From: Phoronis australis
Lineage: Eukaryota; Animalia; Phoronida
Assembly: GCA_002633005.1 (NCBI GenBank)
Contig: NMRA01000526.1
Span: forward strand, 1-64,000
Direction of reading: 5' to 3'
DNA length: 64,000 nucleotides
The notes below the pieces were generated by a model. It saw nothing but the letters and a program-made list of their open reading frames with translations. It did not search any database and had not been told where the DNA came from. Shown in pieces: positions 14,140-25,900 of the stretch (position 1 is the first letter of the stretch; every line of letters starts with the position of its first letter). The translations under genes were made by a program, and so were the position numbers.

Positions 14140-16923
14140 ATGTCTCAGTATGGAGAGTGGACTCTGGTGGAGTTGAAAGGCGAACTGAAAAGGCGAGGAG
14201 CTCGGCAGTCTGGTCGCAAACACGAACTTGTTGAGAGGTATGTTGTGGCTGAGTTTCCGGTATTCTGAGAGAAATTCTTCGTTTTTGCCGTCGAATATTT
14301 CGCTTAAATTTTTTGTCCCAGTTTAACGTCATGTCCACTGCTTGATTGTTCACGTTTCTTATGTAAATGTGGTATTTTCAATAGTAGTGCTTAAGTAGGC
14401 AAATTGTTACCGTTTTTGATCATGCGAGCTTGGGATTCAGTCTAAATCAACTGATATGGGGTTGGGGGTGGAGATAATAGCCCCCACTTTTTTCAGTGCT
14501 GCGCTGCCCATGGAATAGACTCTGCAGTTGNAACTTGTTGAGAGGTATGTTGTGGCTGAGTTTCCGGTATTCTGAGAGAAATTCTTCGTTTTTGCCGTCG
14601 AATAGTTCGCTTAAATTTTTTGTCCCAGTTTAACGTCATGTCCACTGCTTGATTGTTCACGTTTCTTATGTAAATGTGGTATTTTCAATAGTAGTGCTTA
14701 AGTAGGCCTATTGTTACCGTTTTTGATCATGCGAGCTTGGGATTCAGTCTAAATCAACTCATGTTTTGGTCATGCCAACACAGGCGTCATCAGCTTCTGA
14801 TCGTCCCCAATACACTGTACATATAATACTACAAGGTATGACACTCAGGGTGCTTCGATCCAGCTGTCGATATCAAACACATAACTCAATAAATTTAAAC
14901 AAAACAGGGGTTCAACGAACCATGAGCAATTGTATTGTATGCAGTGTATTGGGGACGATCAGAAGCAGAGGACACCTTGGTCATGCCATGTCAATACATG
15001 GGCGGCGCACCATATGGGGTTGGGGGTGGAGATAATAGCCCCCACTTTTTTCAGTGCTGCGCTGCCCATGGAATAGACTCTGCAGTTGGTGTTAAAGGAC
15101 TGATCAATTTTAGAGTTCATCACCATGTCGTCCCAGAGGTGTATTATGAATCCAATGTCGCGGTAAAGCATACAACAGCCACAAGTTTTTAATTCAATGT
15201 GCACTACATACATGTACACAAAATGTACCGAGAGTGACGTAGATGAAGGAATATCCCACTCGACATCATTCTGCTTATCGACCAAGACTATCCATACGCT
15301 TCAAATTCCTAAGTTTCGTTCATTATTTCGGCATGTTTTTAAATACTTTATACTGCTGCAGTTGTATTACCTTTAAACTATTTTCGGAAACTTTTACGTC
15401 AAGTGATTCAACGCTTATGGGATAAACATTCATACTATTTCATGCATTTTTCAAATTCTTTCCCTTTCAGGTTGGAAGCTTACGATCGCAATTGTGGTTT
15501 TGGAAGAACTCCTACCAACCATGCCTCAGTTGTATATAAGATGGATCTTCCTCTTGATGTGGAGTACCGGAACATCAATGCGGATACAGTTATGCCTCCT
15601 ATTACGCGTGAAAATACAAGGGCATACTTATCCACGTACAATACATTTCTAGAGGAGAAAGTCATCGACCTATATAATGAAGATTTCCTACTATGTGTAC
15701 GAAAAGTTTCGCTGCCTTCTAAAAGCTACGTAAAAGCTCGTTGTGCTGCCGAGATGAAGAAAAAGACTGTGTATAATGTTGACATTTCACTTACTAGTGA
15801 TGGTGCTATCATGGAATGTCAGTGTGAGTGTGCTGCTGGAATGGGTCCCAACGCCCACTGTAAGCATGTCAAATGTTTACTATACGGCTTGTTGCAATTT
15901 GCAGAAACTAGCAACATCAGGACCCAAACCACATGCACACAAAGACTGCAGTCATTTCACAAAACAAAGAAATTTGTTGGTTCTCCAGTTAAAGCCAAGG
16001 ACCTCAATGTGACTTGCAGCACGTCGGAAAGGACTTTGGCCAAAAACACTGGTTATGACCCGCGACTCCCACAATACATTGATCAGCCTGGTGCAATTGA
16101 CAGAGTTAATAGTCTAGTTCTCAACTTCCATGCCAACAACAGTGTCACGAAAATGCCTTATTTGCAAAAAATCCAAGCAGCTAATGTGCGTGCCCTAGCT
16201 CATGACCATGACTACATGTCAACAACACAGGAAGACTGGTTTTTAGACTTGTTGTCTGTCAACAATCCTATCAGTGACTGTGTACAGAAGCAAATTGAAA
16301 TTAACACTAGAGGCCAGGCAGACAATAAAGTGTGGTTTGCTGAAAGAAGTATGCGCTTGACATCTTCCAATTTTGGCAGGATTTGTAAGGCCACAGACAG
16401 AACTAACTTACATGAATTGGCTTGTAGCTTTGTGAGACCTAAGTCTTTGTCCGCTGCCCCCCTCAAACATGGGAAAACATATGAACCTGTGGCACGCAAA
16501 AAGTATGTTCAAATAACTGGCTCAGAGGTAACAGAAAGTGGACTTATTGTGTGTGTCAAGCTGCCATATTTGTGCGCTTCTCCAGATGGCGGGATTAAAG
16601 GTACTGATGGCATACTTGAAATTAAATGTCCATATGCCAGTAAAGACAAAATGATCGACTCAAGCTCAGTCCCCTATCTATACTATGAAGGAGATACCCT
16701 AAAGCTGAAGGAGCAGCACGACTACCACTATCAAGTCCAGGGTCAGATGCTGTGCTCAGGGGCCTCTTATTGTGACTTTGTGGTTTACACGTCAGTGGAC
16801 TTCAAGATTATTCGCATCTTAAGGAATGACAACTTCATCTCATCTATGACGCAGAAGCTGAAGAAGTTTTTCTTCGAGAATTCTGTACCAGTCATTCTTC
16901 AGAAATTCTTCTATCGTGACTAG
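14140..16923 (+). CDS. ISL2EU accessory protein: SAP domain + SWIM zinc finger + YqaJ/lambda-exonuclease (PD-(D/E)xK), 516 aa, 2 exons, intact
   Basis: Exon 1 14140-14237 reads MSQYGEWTLVELKGELKRRGARQSGRKHELVER (SAP). Exon 2 15471-16923 is in phase and contains CQCECAAGMGPNAHCKH (SWIM) and RGQ...WFAER..RLTSS.FG, HG..YE, LCASPDG, LEIKCP, YQVQGQM (YqaJ). Confidence 0.9.
14224..14759 (+). repeat. Local direct duplication (~230 bp) including the exon-1 donor of the YqaJ gene
   Basis: 14224-14451 is near-identical to 14530-14759. The spacer 14453-14529 copies 15012-15088. Confidence 0.9.
14779..14979. mobile_element. Short deleted copy of the CACAG-terminated foldback MITE (see 62387-63102)
   Basis: TIR CACAGGCGTCATCAGCTTCTGATCGTCCCCAATAC / GTATTGGGGACGATCAGAAGCAGAGGACACCTTG, flanked by the direct repeat GTCATGCCA. 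Confidence 0.8.
14997..15070. mobile_element. Tiny CATGGGC-terminated MITE; inverted relative at 18968-19039
   Basis: CATGGGCGGCGCAC...GTGCTGCGCTGCCCATG with a G/C-run core. A reverse-orientation copy lies in the transposase intron. Confidence 0.6.
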
Positions 16924-17398
16924 TAAACTGTTCAGCTGTATGCAGTTATGCCTACTGTTAAGTGTGTAATGGTATTATTTATATTGGTGGCTGCCTTTGA
17001 ATAGCAGTGTTACATCTTATTCCTTAACAGTCGAGATTATAAACCAACGTAGTTACCAAGAAATACATGAATATAATTACTACTATTCATCACCATGTGT
17101 ACATAGTATTTGCATGGGATAGCATTATTAACGTTGAAACTTCATCACGTTTCACTTGCCAATAACTTGCTGTGTCTAGAAAAAACTCATTTACGAAGTA
17201 AGCAAACACCAGCATGTCATGTCGTACTTGTAACAGTCAGAGACTCGAAAACAGTAAAAATGGTCACTAGGTGGCGCAAACTACGTCGAATCCATCCGAA
17301 AATGGAAGGATAGCGTCATCTTACTAACAGATGCCTATATGCCAAATACATACGTTTACTGGCACATCATTGCATTTTATGGAAAGAATGTTGCTACT

Positions 17399-19791
17399 TC
17401 AGGCATCACATGGTACTATGCCTTGACGGAAATTGCACAGCATAAAAGTGACATAAATAATATCAGATGACAAGAGTAGTTCCGACCTGTTAAGAGGCTC
17501 TGTAAGAATACGAAATGTTTTTGCCAGACCAATGACTCGTTCTACATGCACTCGCTTGGAGGCAATCTTTCTGTCTCGCATGATAGTTGCATTGCTAAAC
17601 TGATTGCATTTTCTTAAGAATGTTGGAATATTGACTTGCACATCGTATGGTCCAAAAATGTCCTGCACATCGAACCCTTTGTCTGACATAACAGAATCTC
17701 CAGGGTCACACATTTGAGGCAAGCTGCTTCTCTCTGTGATCTGCCTGTCACTAGTCGACCCAGCATAACTGTCCGAAACATAGGACACAAGCCCACCAGG
17801 TGTCACGCCAACTAATACTTTAACAGTGTTCCTATTTTTATATGTTGAAAAGGTCGCTTGTTGGGCGCCAGGCATCTTTGGCTTCTTGACAGGAATTTCA
17901 GTGCCATCAATGATAACTCGAGTGCAAGGGTATTCCTGTTTAAAACCTGAAGGACTATAAAAACGAACAAGATTCTGATCAGGCCAGTCAAGTAGTTCCT
18001 TGAACTGTAGAGACATAAAGCGGATCCAGGTGCAAAATATATTGTACACATCAGCTTCGGACAGGTCAAACAGAGTTCCCAGTTCAAAATTTGGCATATG
18101 GCGCCTCAAACGCATGAGGACCAAGAGAAATTGGTCTTCCACCGATATGATATGAATTGGCCCATACATACCAGATGATTTGCTGCATCCCCTCATATAT
18201 TTAGCACCAACATAAACTTAGAGTGCGACTCCAAACCAGTATAATAATGGATTTGCTCGTCACAGTGTTTTAATCGTTGAATTGACATCATGGGGTAAGT
18301 TTCTGTGTTGGTAGACTGTAGAAAACTAAAGAGGGTGCACCCTGTTAGTCTGAGTTGACACTTCAAGGCAAACATCATCAGTAGCATAGGTAGACACGGT
18401 CTCTTCTGCTCCAACAATGGGCGTACAGTCATCAGGCACAATGTCACTACTTGACTGAGATGTTGAGCTTTGTCGAGGCTTCTTTGAATGTATCGATCAT
18501 TTCTTGCCAAGGCGTGAGCAGGAGCGTCCTTCTTGAGTATACCCCTCTGCGGTTGGGTGTCTAAAATAATTCATGTAACATTTAACACCACACTAGATCA
18601 GAAAAAATTACCAGTGTCAAAACTGATATTAAGTAAGGCCCATTAAGTTTGCATAATTTCATTCAATTCCACACTTTGGAATAACAATCATTGCACATAG
18701 TTAAACTACTGTAATCAAGATTACGTTAAGCAATTTAAGTAAATATACTTAAAATGATGATTTGGTTTATGCTATTCTGTTTCACTTGATAAGTGAATCA
18801 GTGACAATTCAGCCACATTCTAAAATAAAATAAAATAACTTAATTTACATATTAAATTTTACTTGTTAGTGTGAATTGATTGACTAATCCTTGGAATTTT
18901 GGAGCACGCACGCTTACACATCGGCGGTGTAGCCCCCCCCCCTCCCTGTGGTGCACCGCTCATAGACCATGGGCAGCACAGCAGTGAAAAAAGTGGGGCT
19001 ATAGCCCTTCCCCCCAGTCCTTACGGTGCACCGCCCATGTAACAGTGGATATTGAGCTTGAGGATCGCCAAATAGTTTATCCATACAACTACACCGTCAA
19101 TGGCACGAATAAGTCAAGCGTGAAGCACTGCTGCTACATACTTGAACACCTAACTGAAAGAGTCTCAGGGTTTTAGAAGGCAAATTTCTTGAGAATAAAA
19201 TGGCTCCAGACAGCATCATGTTGCCCACATATGTTTCTCCTGTTGGTGGCTGTGGTATGTAAGAAGCAAAAACAATATTTCAAAGACTTGAATTTTGGAG
19301 GTTAAACCAAGTCACAAATGTCATGTGAACACTGGTTATTGACTTAGTTGCACAATCTCTACATCAGTAATGCATTTTTTCTGAAATTTTTTTGAGATTA
19401 TGGGGCTTTCATATCGGGATGAGCTGTAGGCGTAAGATGCCGTGGCCGTGGGACCTAGTTATCATTCCTGCCACCTACTGGTCTCGAGTCTAACAAAACA
19501 GTAACTTCAATATTATATATAGTTAAAATAATAAAGACAAGCATTCAAATTCAAGTGTATTCACGCAAATTTATTTCACCCAGATAATGCAAATATCTCA
19601 CCAGCGTAAGAAGTCACAGAATTGTAGTCATTTGCAGTGAAGTGATTCCGACAGACCAGGCTCGAATCAGTCGGGTTCCATTTATCGCGATGAATAGCGT
19701 TAACCCACAATTTCCTCAGCTTTCTGTCCTTCGGCAATTTGTGCCCACCACGTACTGAACATTTCGGCACACTACAACAACCTGTTGGCAT
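17399..19791 (-). pseudogene. ISL2EU transposase: THAP + HTH + DDE_Tnp_4 (Harbinger-like), disrupted
   Basis: Exon 1 19602-19791 reads MPTGCCSVPKC...WVNAIHRDKW...VCRNHF (THAP). Exon 2 from 18560 reads ILKKDAP...HYYTGL..., then has a TGA at 18193-18195 and a nearby frameshift. The DDE core IIDGTE / MSDKGF / VERVIG is intact in 17399-18196. Confidence 0.88.
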
Positions 19792-20959
19792 CCTGCGATG
19801 CAAAACATTTGCAGGAGAAATAGATAAACTCACGGCAGGAACACAGGCGACAAGAAGCCACCAAGGTCACGTGGGACCCTCGCTACAAAAGCGCCAACTA
19901 GAGTTGGCTGCGGAACCATGAATCTGTCGAGCTGCTCATTCACATTAACTTATTTTAAGAAAGAACAAGTTGACACCAATTTTTAACATCTGTCATTTAC
20001 AAGTAAATGACTTGTTCATGTTTTGCCGTAGAGCTACATGAATTTTTATCACACTTACCTTTGAATGCCAGTGTATGTTTGTACTCAACAAATGCCCCTC
20101 TTGATATTTGAGTTCCCAAAAATTACCCTGGGTGTCAGATACTTAGATCTACCGCAGATACCCGCCAGTTTTAATAACTACTAGTTTCTAAAGGCCATTC
20201 TTTGTTAACTGTTTTCTTGAAGTGTCACAATGTGTTCGGAAAAGGCTCGTTCACATATCATTTGGCGTCCCTGTCTTTGAGGGTGTAGATACTGATAAAG
20301 CACTGTTTGGACTATCTAGATGCTCCAGTGTTTCCAGAATAACAAAAATCTGTTTGATGAAAACTTAATAATTAATTGCCATTCATACTTTGTCTCGTAT
20401 CAGGAAATTTCTTTAAATACTTACCTGATTGAACACTTTGAGGTGCACCAGGAAATCGTAGAATGTCATGACAAATTTGTTTTTATTTTCACGCCAGCAG
20501 TTGTCTGCTTGCAAAAACAATTGAGTAGGTGGCAATGAGCCATGCTGTAATGATGTTAGCTGTTACTTTAGACTCAAAGTTATTTAATTTAATTGCATAT
20601 TTAACAAATATCCTTGACTAAAATTACTCTTTTAAGTAATTACCAAATATATCTCATGCTAACCTGGAAATTTATCACACCTCTACACTTATCACACTGG
20701 CAGAAAACATCATTTTCTGAGAGCAAAATAAACATACACATGTTAAGTATTTCATCAAGATATTGATGACCAGGTTGGAATCGTGCTTGTACTGGCCCCA
20801 GTTGACATAGGCTTCGCACGGGTACCAGCTAGTGTACGGGAGCCAACTTTTGCAGCGTTTACGCTAGAAATGGGTATCATTTGTGATTGTCGTTAATTTT
20901 TGTTCTTGAATACCACATTTCAATTTGTTGAACTTCATTTTTATAGTTATTTCACCATA

Positions 20960-22600
20960 CACAAAAGTGATGGTGATAATACCAAAAAGTACATACATGT
21001 AATGTGTCTTCCTACCTCACTTCTTTATGTACAACATTCTGGGTATTTCGTTCTCCTTGCTGGCTGGTTGGTTACACTTGAACATGAATATTGGAAGGCT
21101 CGAGCCCGGGAGAAGGCGACATAGAGCTGTTCATGTGCAAATTCATGGCAAGGCAAGTAAATGCCGAGTATGATGAATGTTTGTCGCTGTGACTTATTAA
21201 TAACCATTGAATAGGCTAACCTAATGGGGACCTATACACGTTGTAATGTGAAGGGGAGATTGACATCAGATGGAGCAAGCTTGATGTTAAGTCTCAGCAC
21301 TCTTTTACTCAGGTTTGTTTATTTCTGCATCTAGCACAGTGTCATAAAGATGACGACATATAAGTCTTGTACAATTACACAGGCCTGATTTCACATCCAA
21401 GTTGCGAAAGAGCATAACGAAGGCACCAGGCTTGAGGAGGAGGTGGTACGGGGGCATTCCTGTGGGTGTGATGGAATTCAAGAATTCCATCGGGTAATTG
21501 TCGGCTTCCTCGTCATCTGCAATGGCCTTATCCACACTCAGTTTAATTCTCAACTGTCCAGGAACTTAGGCTATGATGCAATCAGTGAAAGCAAGAGTTG
21601 TGTCATTCTTTGGAGTCAAGATTGCCACGTCTTTCAGGCTCTGAGGGCTGCTTAAGTCTGTAAAGACTGCTGCAACAATTTCTTTTACGATGTTGCATTG
21701 TGTTGGCATGGTAACTGAAGCAGCCATTTCATTGCCGTGATTTTCTAGTACACCGTCGCCTAGCTTTAGAAGTCACTGTGAGAAATGCTCGCTGTTTTCT
21801 CCAACACGCATATTTTTGTCAGTTTCAACATCTGAAAGTGGCTCCACACCTGTGAACTTTTAACACAGTTCTCCAATATGACGGTTCTTGACTGTCTAGG
21901 ACCTAACGAAATGCCACCAAATGGACTCATATTTCCAGTGACGTCTTGTAACATTTGATCAATTGCCATCAGAGCATTTGCAGGAACCATTGATGCCTGG
22001 TCAATAACAAAGACTGCTACAGATCGCAGATATTCTCCGTGCTTGGATTCAGGGGAGACATGGCATGAAATTGTATCCAACCCTAGGACATAAGAGTTGC
22101 TGCTATACTTGTCCAAGCACAGGCAACCACACGAATACCAATATTGCGGCATGAGGAAGTAATTGTGTTGTAGGCCATCATCTTTCCACTACCTCATGGG
22201 CCATCTAGAAAGAACGTTTGGCTGCAGCGAGAGGAGGCGTTGTCTTCGTCCACATGGCGTAAAACTGTGTTGATGAACAGGCGCTGCTCACCATTCAACA
22301 TCTCCATCACCTTTGCAGATGTTTCTGTCTCGATTTCACTGCTCAAAAATGGTACTCACAGCATGCAGAGCGAGCTGAATGGACACTTCACGTGTGTTGC
22401 CGTGCAGGTGAAGGAAGTCCTCAATGAAACTATCTTTGTACTTCTCCCAGAGGGTAGAGTGTATTGCTGTGTGAACAGATAGTGGCAAAGAGAGAGCACA
22501 TTTGCCTTGGCATCTGAAACACAGCCGCTTCTGGGAGGCACCTGTTCCACTCTGAATCGTCTTTCAGCAGATGGAGTCAAATCCATGCTCCTTTAAATGT
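20960..22600 (-). mobile_element. Helitron RepHel remnant (Pif1-family helicase pseudogene)
   Basis: Fragments FFLDGP*GSGK, VFVIDQASMV, YPMEFLNSITPTGMPPYHLLLKPGAFVML.RNLD...GLCN.TRL, RLAYSM.INKSQ.QT and QLYVAFSR are Helitron helicase motifs with stops and frameshifts. Confidence 0.88.
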
Positions 22601-22669
22601 ATCCAGTACCTGACCCTGTACTGTGCTTAGGACTTCAAACGATGTTGGGCCAGGTATGTGGAGAAGTAC

Positions 22670-22931
22670 ACGTCATACCACCTGCCGTGCGCTGTGTTAA
22701 AAATGGCCAGTTACCGATTTTGGGACCTGAAGAAAAAGTTTGATAACGGGAGTATTCGTTCAAGTTGGGTGGCCTCCTAAGGTGTCCCTTTGTGTGCATA
22801 AGGTACAACAATGTGACTGATGTGTTAGTCGATGTGAGGCATAATTCGCTGAAAAGCTTCGGCATCTGAAGCACCTATAGGAGCTACACAGGTTCTATTG
22901 AGCCAGCTTAAGAGACGGTGGTCACAGTCTA
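22670..22931. mobile_element. Solo diverged TIR of the MULE-like MITE family (see 32190-33125)
   Basis: Shares GAAGAAAAAGTTTGATAA, CCTCCTAAGGTGT, AATTCGC.GAAAAGCTTC and TATAGGAGCT with the right TIR at 32840-33125. Confidence 0.7.
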
Positions 22932-25900
22932 TGATCCATTATGAAAGGTGGTCAAGACCACCTAACAGAATAAGAAAGTCATCATGATTGTAATACAACA
23001 AAACATCATTAAATGGAATTGCTCTAAAAGCGACAATAAAGCTTTTCCAAGTATTTTATTTAAAAAAATGTAATAATCCTCAATAAAAACCACATGAAAA
23101 ATATTTGATCTGTTTAAATTAGATGCTAAATCTGGACAAATGTGCATGTGTCATCATTCCTTTATGTTAGTTAGACTGATTTATATAAAGCTTAATCCTA
23201 CCAACTTTTAAAATATACCCACCAGATGCATTGTTCAAAATCAGTTGGTAGCAACTGTAGCTTCATTAATGTTGAACTCCTTGTTGTTAATGCCCAGCTC
23301 TGGTAAAGACTTGGCATGCTGGTTGAGATGCTGTTTCAATTTCTGTCTGCATTGTATCAACTCATCCCTGACATGATGTTGTAGCTGTGGTTGGTACAGG
23401 TATGTACAACATGGCACAAAAGAATGCCTTGTGTTCTCCTTGACATCAGTCATTGAACCAGTGAACTTGTCACGGCCTGGTTAACTGTTTTTCCACTCAA
23501 AAAGTAGTAACTTTTTAGTGGCAGAAAGGCCTCTACAAAGGTGTTGATAAGGCTGGTGAAATGGGTGGCGGTGATCACCTCACACTGATGAATATTAATC
23601 TTGTTCACTTATCATCATAAGTAAATTAATGTGTGCAGAATATTTCTGGGTAATATGTTTTACAACAATTGTCAGCCCCATTGTAAAATACAGATGAGAT
23701 CGAGTGATTCTGAGCTTTAGTCAAATTTCAAAGGATACATGAGAGTGAACCTTAACCTGTAGAATGCAAATTGGGGAGCAAGCTTGACTGCAACTTCTGT
23801 TTTCCTCTCTAAGTTGAGGCTGATCAATTGTCCAGTCTCCCAAGTTCTTCCACAACTCTCATTAAGAAATGAGTCTTCTTGAACCTTAGAACCAGTGAGT
23901 ATACTTTGCATCATTGAAATTTAAGTGCTTGAACTGCACGAGTACAAGCTATAGGCAGACAGTTTAAGAAGTCCGTACAGTTCACTGTCATAAAATCACC
24001 ACCAGGTACGAGTCAAGGTAATAGCTGAACCAAAAATGTCAATTAGTCCCTGGTATATAAAGTTCATAATTGTAGTGTTAATAATTACTAAGATAAAACT
24101 ATATCTAATAAAGTTATACTGTACCTTCTTTTTTTCACGCTGCATAAATGCTCTGACTACGGTTGGGACTAACAGTGAGACCCTGTGAATTATACCTGGT
24201 TACAATTTCCAGGTCAAAACTGATGCCACGAACCTTGTAGATGCCATAACAATTAATGGACGTCAAAAACACAACTTCCACAAGCAGCAGCCTAAATTAA
24301 CAACCCTGCGAGGGCGCTGCTAAGGTAACTTTTTTGCCAATGACCATAAATGACATTTGTTGTTCTTCACAGCGATAGGCTGCTCCGTGATGGATAGGTG
24401 AGACAGATATATGTGTCGGAAACTGTTCATCTTTGAAGGCTATCATGTTACTTTATTGGATGTCACAAGGTTTCCAGTGCTTTTTATGGAACTGAAACCC
24501 GGTTGCTGGTGGCATTAATAGGTCTACAGATTTCAAGGAAGTTCTAAGATGTTATAGGATGTACTTTGTATTCTGAAGATTTTTTTTCCGCAGATTCGTT
24601 GCCTCTATCTTCCTAATGCATTTCACGACCGACTACTTTGTACATCATTTGCCCATTGTTGGGTTATATTTCGATCTCTAAACCGAATCGTAAAAGTGTG
24701 TGCAGTGGTACGCATTGATTTGTTACTCAGTTCCCGCTACCTTGTTGTGCATTGAAACACTTCATAAGTTGGTGTTACTCGTGTCTGTCTCTCATGGCCT
24801 TGTACACGTACAACACTCCACCACCTTACACTTATGAATATTAGTCTTGCTCACTTTTTGTCATCAATAAATGTGCGTATTCAACTTAATTCTTGCTAAT
24901 ATGTTCTACTTGTTTGAATAATTGTGGACAATTAATTATTGTATACTCACTGTTAGGGTGAAACATTTTCCACACTGTTATGAGTGTGCTTCTCATTGGT
25001 TAAAAGAATTAGCATTCTGGTTGGTTGGTAGAAAGCTAACATTCGAACATTTTGGTTGAAAACTGAAATGTTTTTGTGACTTGCAACATCGTTAATAAAA
25101 TTGTGTCATTGCAATCAAGTCCGTAGGTATTCTGTGACTCACTCAAGATAAATAAGACTAAAACATGAACTATTCACTGAATAGTGCCTTTGATTTATTC
25201 CCAGACAACTTGTTTCCAACTAAAATCTAAACTAGGACATGCACACGGACGCATGCTCACACACAGAAATCTGCGTATCTAAACATCATCCTTGTAGAGT
25301 GCCACTCTTTTAACTATGGTGCTGTGAAAGTGAGAATGTGGATTGTTACAATAACGATGCCAGATGAAACTTTACATTCCTGACATTTCAGTTGGCAGTA
25401 CTTCTGATGCTGTATGCAGGTGTGTACTGCCATTTTGCATGGATGTTGGTGTGTGTCTTTCGTAAACAATCCTGCCGCATGCACCATGGCTTGCTACCGG
25501 CAATATTGATAATATCTGGTCTATCTGTTAGCATTTCCGGTAAACAGCACAAAAACCACTTAGCGTTGGAAGATAATTTCTAAATTTATTACCAGGGCTA
25601 ACAATTTAGTCCAGAACATTTTTAAAACAAAAAATCCACTCACGAATAAGTATTTTTCTTACAGAGTTCAGCTTGGCCTTGCTATTCAAGTTCATCTATC
25701 TTGTTTTAGTATTCTTTTGCAAATGTGGAACACAAAATAGATGTGAAAATAAAGTGCCTTTGCAACTTTTTATTGCCGTACTCACGTTTTTTACTAATAT
25801 ACAAGTCATGTACATCTTCAACTGAGAATTGTTCTGCCTTTTTGCAAAATGAATGGAGGAGTGATAAGTCTGATCTGGAAGTAACTTTGTTCATGGTGCG

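Larger units (their letters stand above)
13965..19937. mobile_element. ISL2EU (PIF/Harbinger-related) DNA transposon, ~6 kb, two convergent genes
   Basis: AT|GAGCTCGAGAAACTAAT...ATGAATCTGTCGAGCTGCTC|AT gives an imperfect TIR (3-bp indel) with AT flanks and a further subterminal inverted match (TGGCGTTGTTGTAGTAAGGG vs CCCTCGCTACAAAAGCGCCA). It encodes a YqaJ exonuclease plus a THAP/DDE_Tnp_4 transposase, the known ISL2EU gene pair. Confidence 0.85.
13400..23590 (-). pseudogene. Decayed multi-exon Sola1-like (DUF7869-type) DDD transposase gene, split by nested insertions
   Basis: Exon 20425-20544 reads HGSLPPTQLFLQADNCWRENKNKFVMTFYDFLVHLKVFNQ|GT. It splices in phase to the exon starting at 13701, TYLSFLIVGHTHEDIDASLSKIAQTLK...DFRTWLNPHI...HTKPLHFKF, which has stops and a frameshift. 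An upstream Cys/His segment lies at 23241-23453. Outer limits are approximate. Confidence 0.7.

Noticed and set aside
15403-16923. Phage or viral recombinase acquired by horizontal transfer
   Set aside because: It has a spliceosomal intron and SAP/SWIM domains and lies inside TIRs with a Harbinger-like transposase, which is the known ISL2EU organisation.
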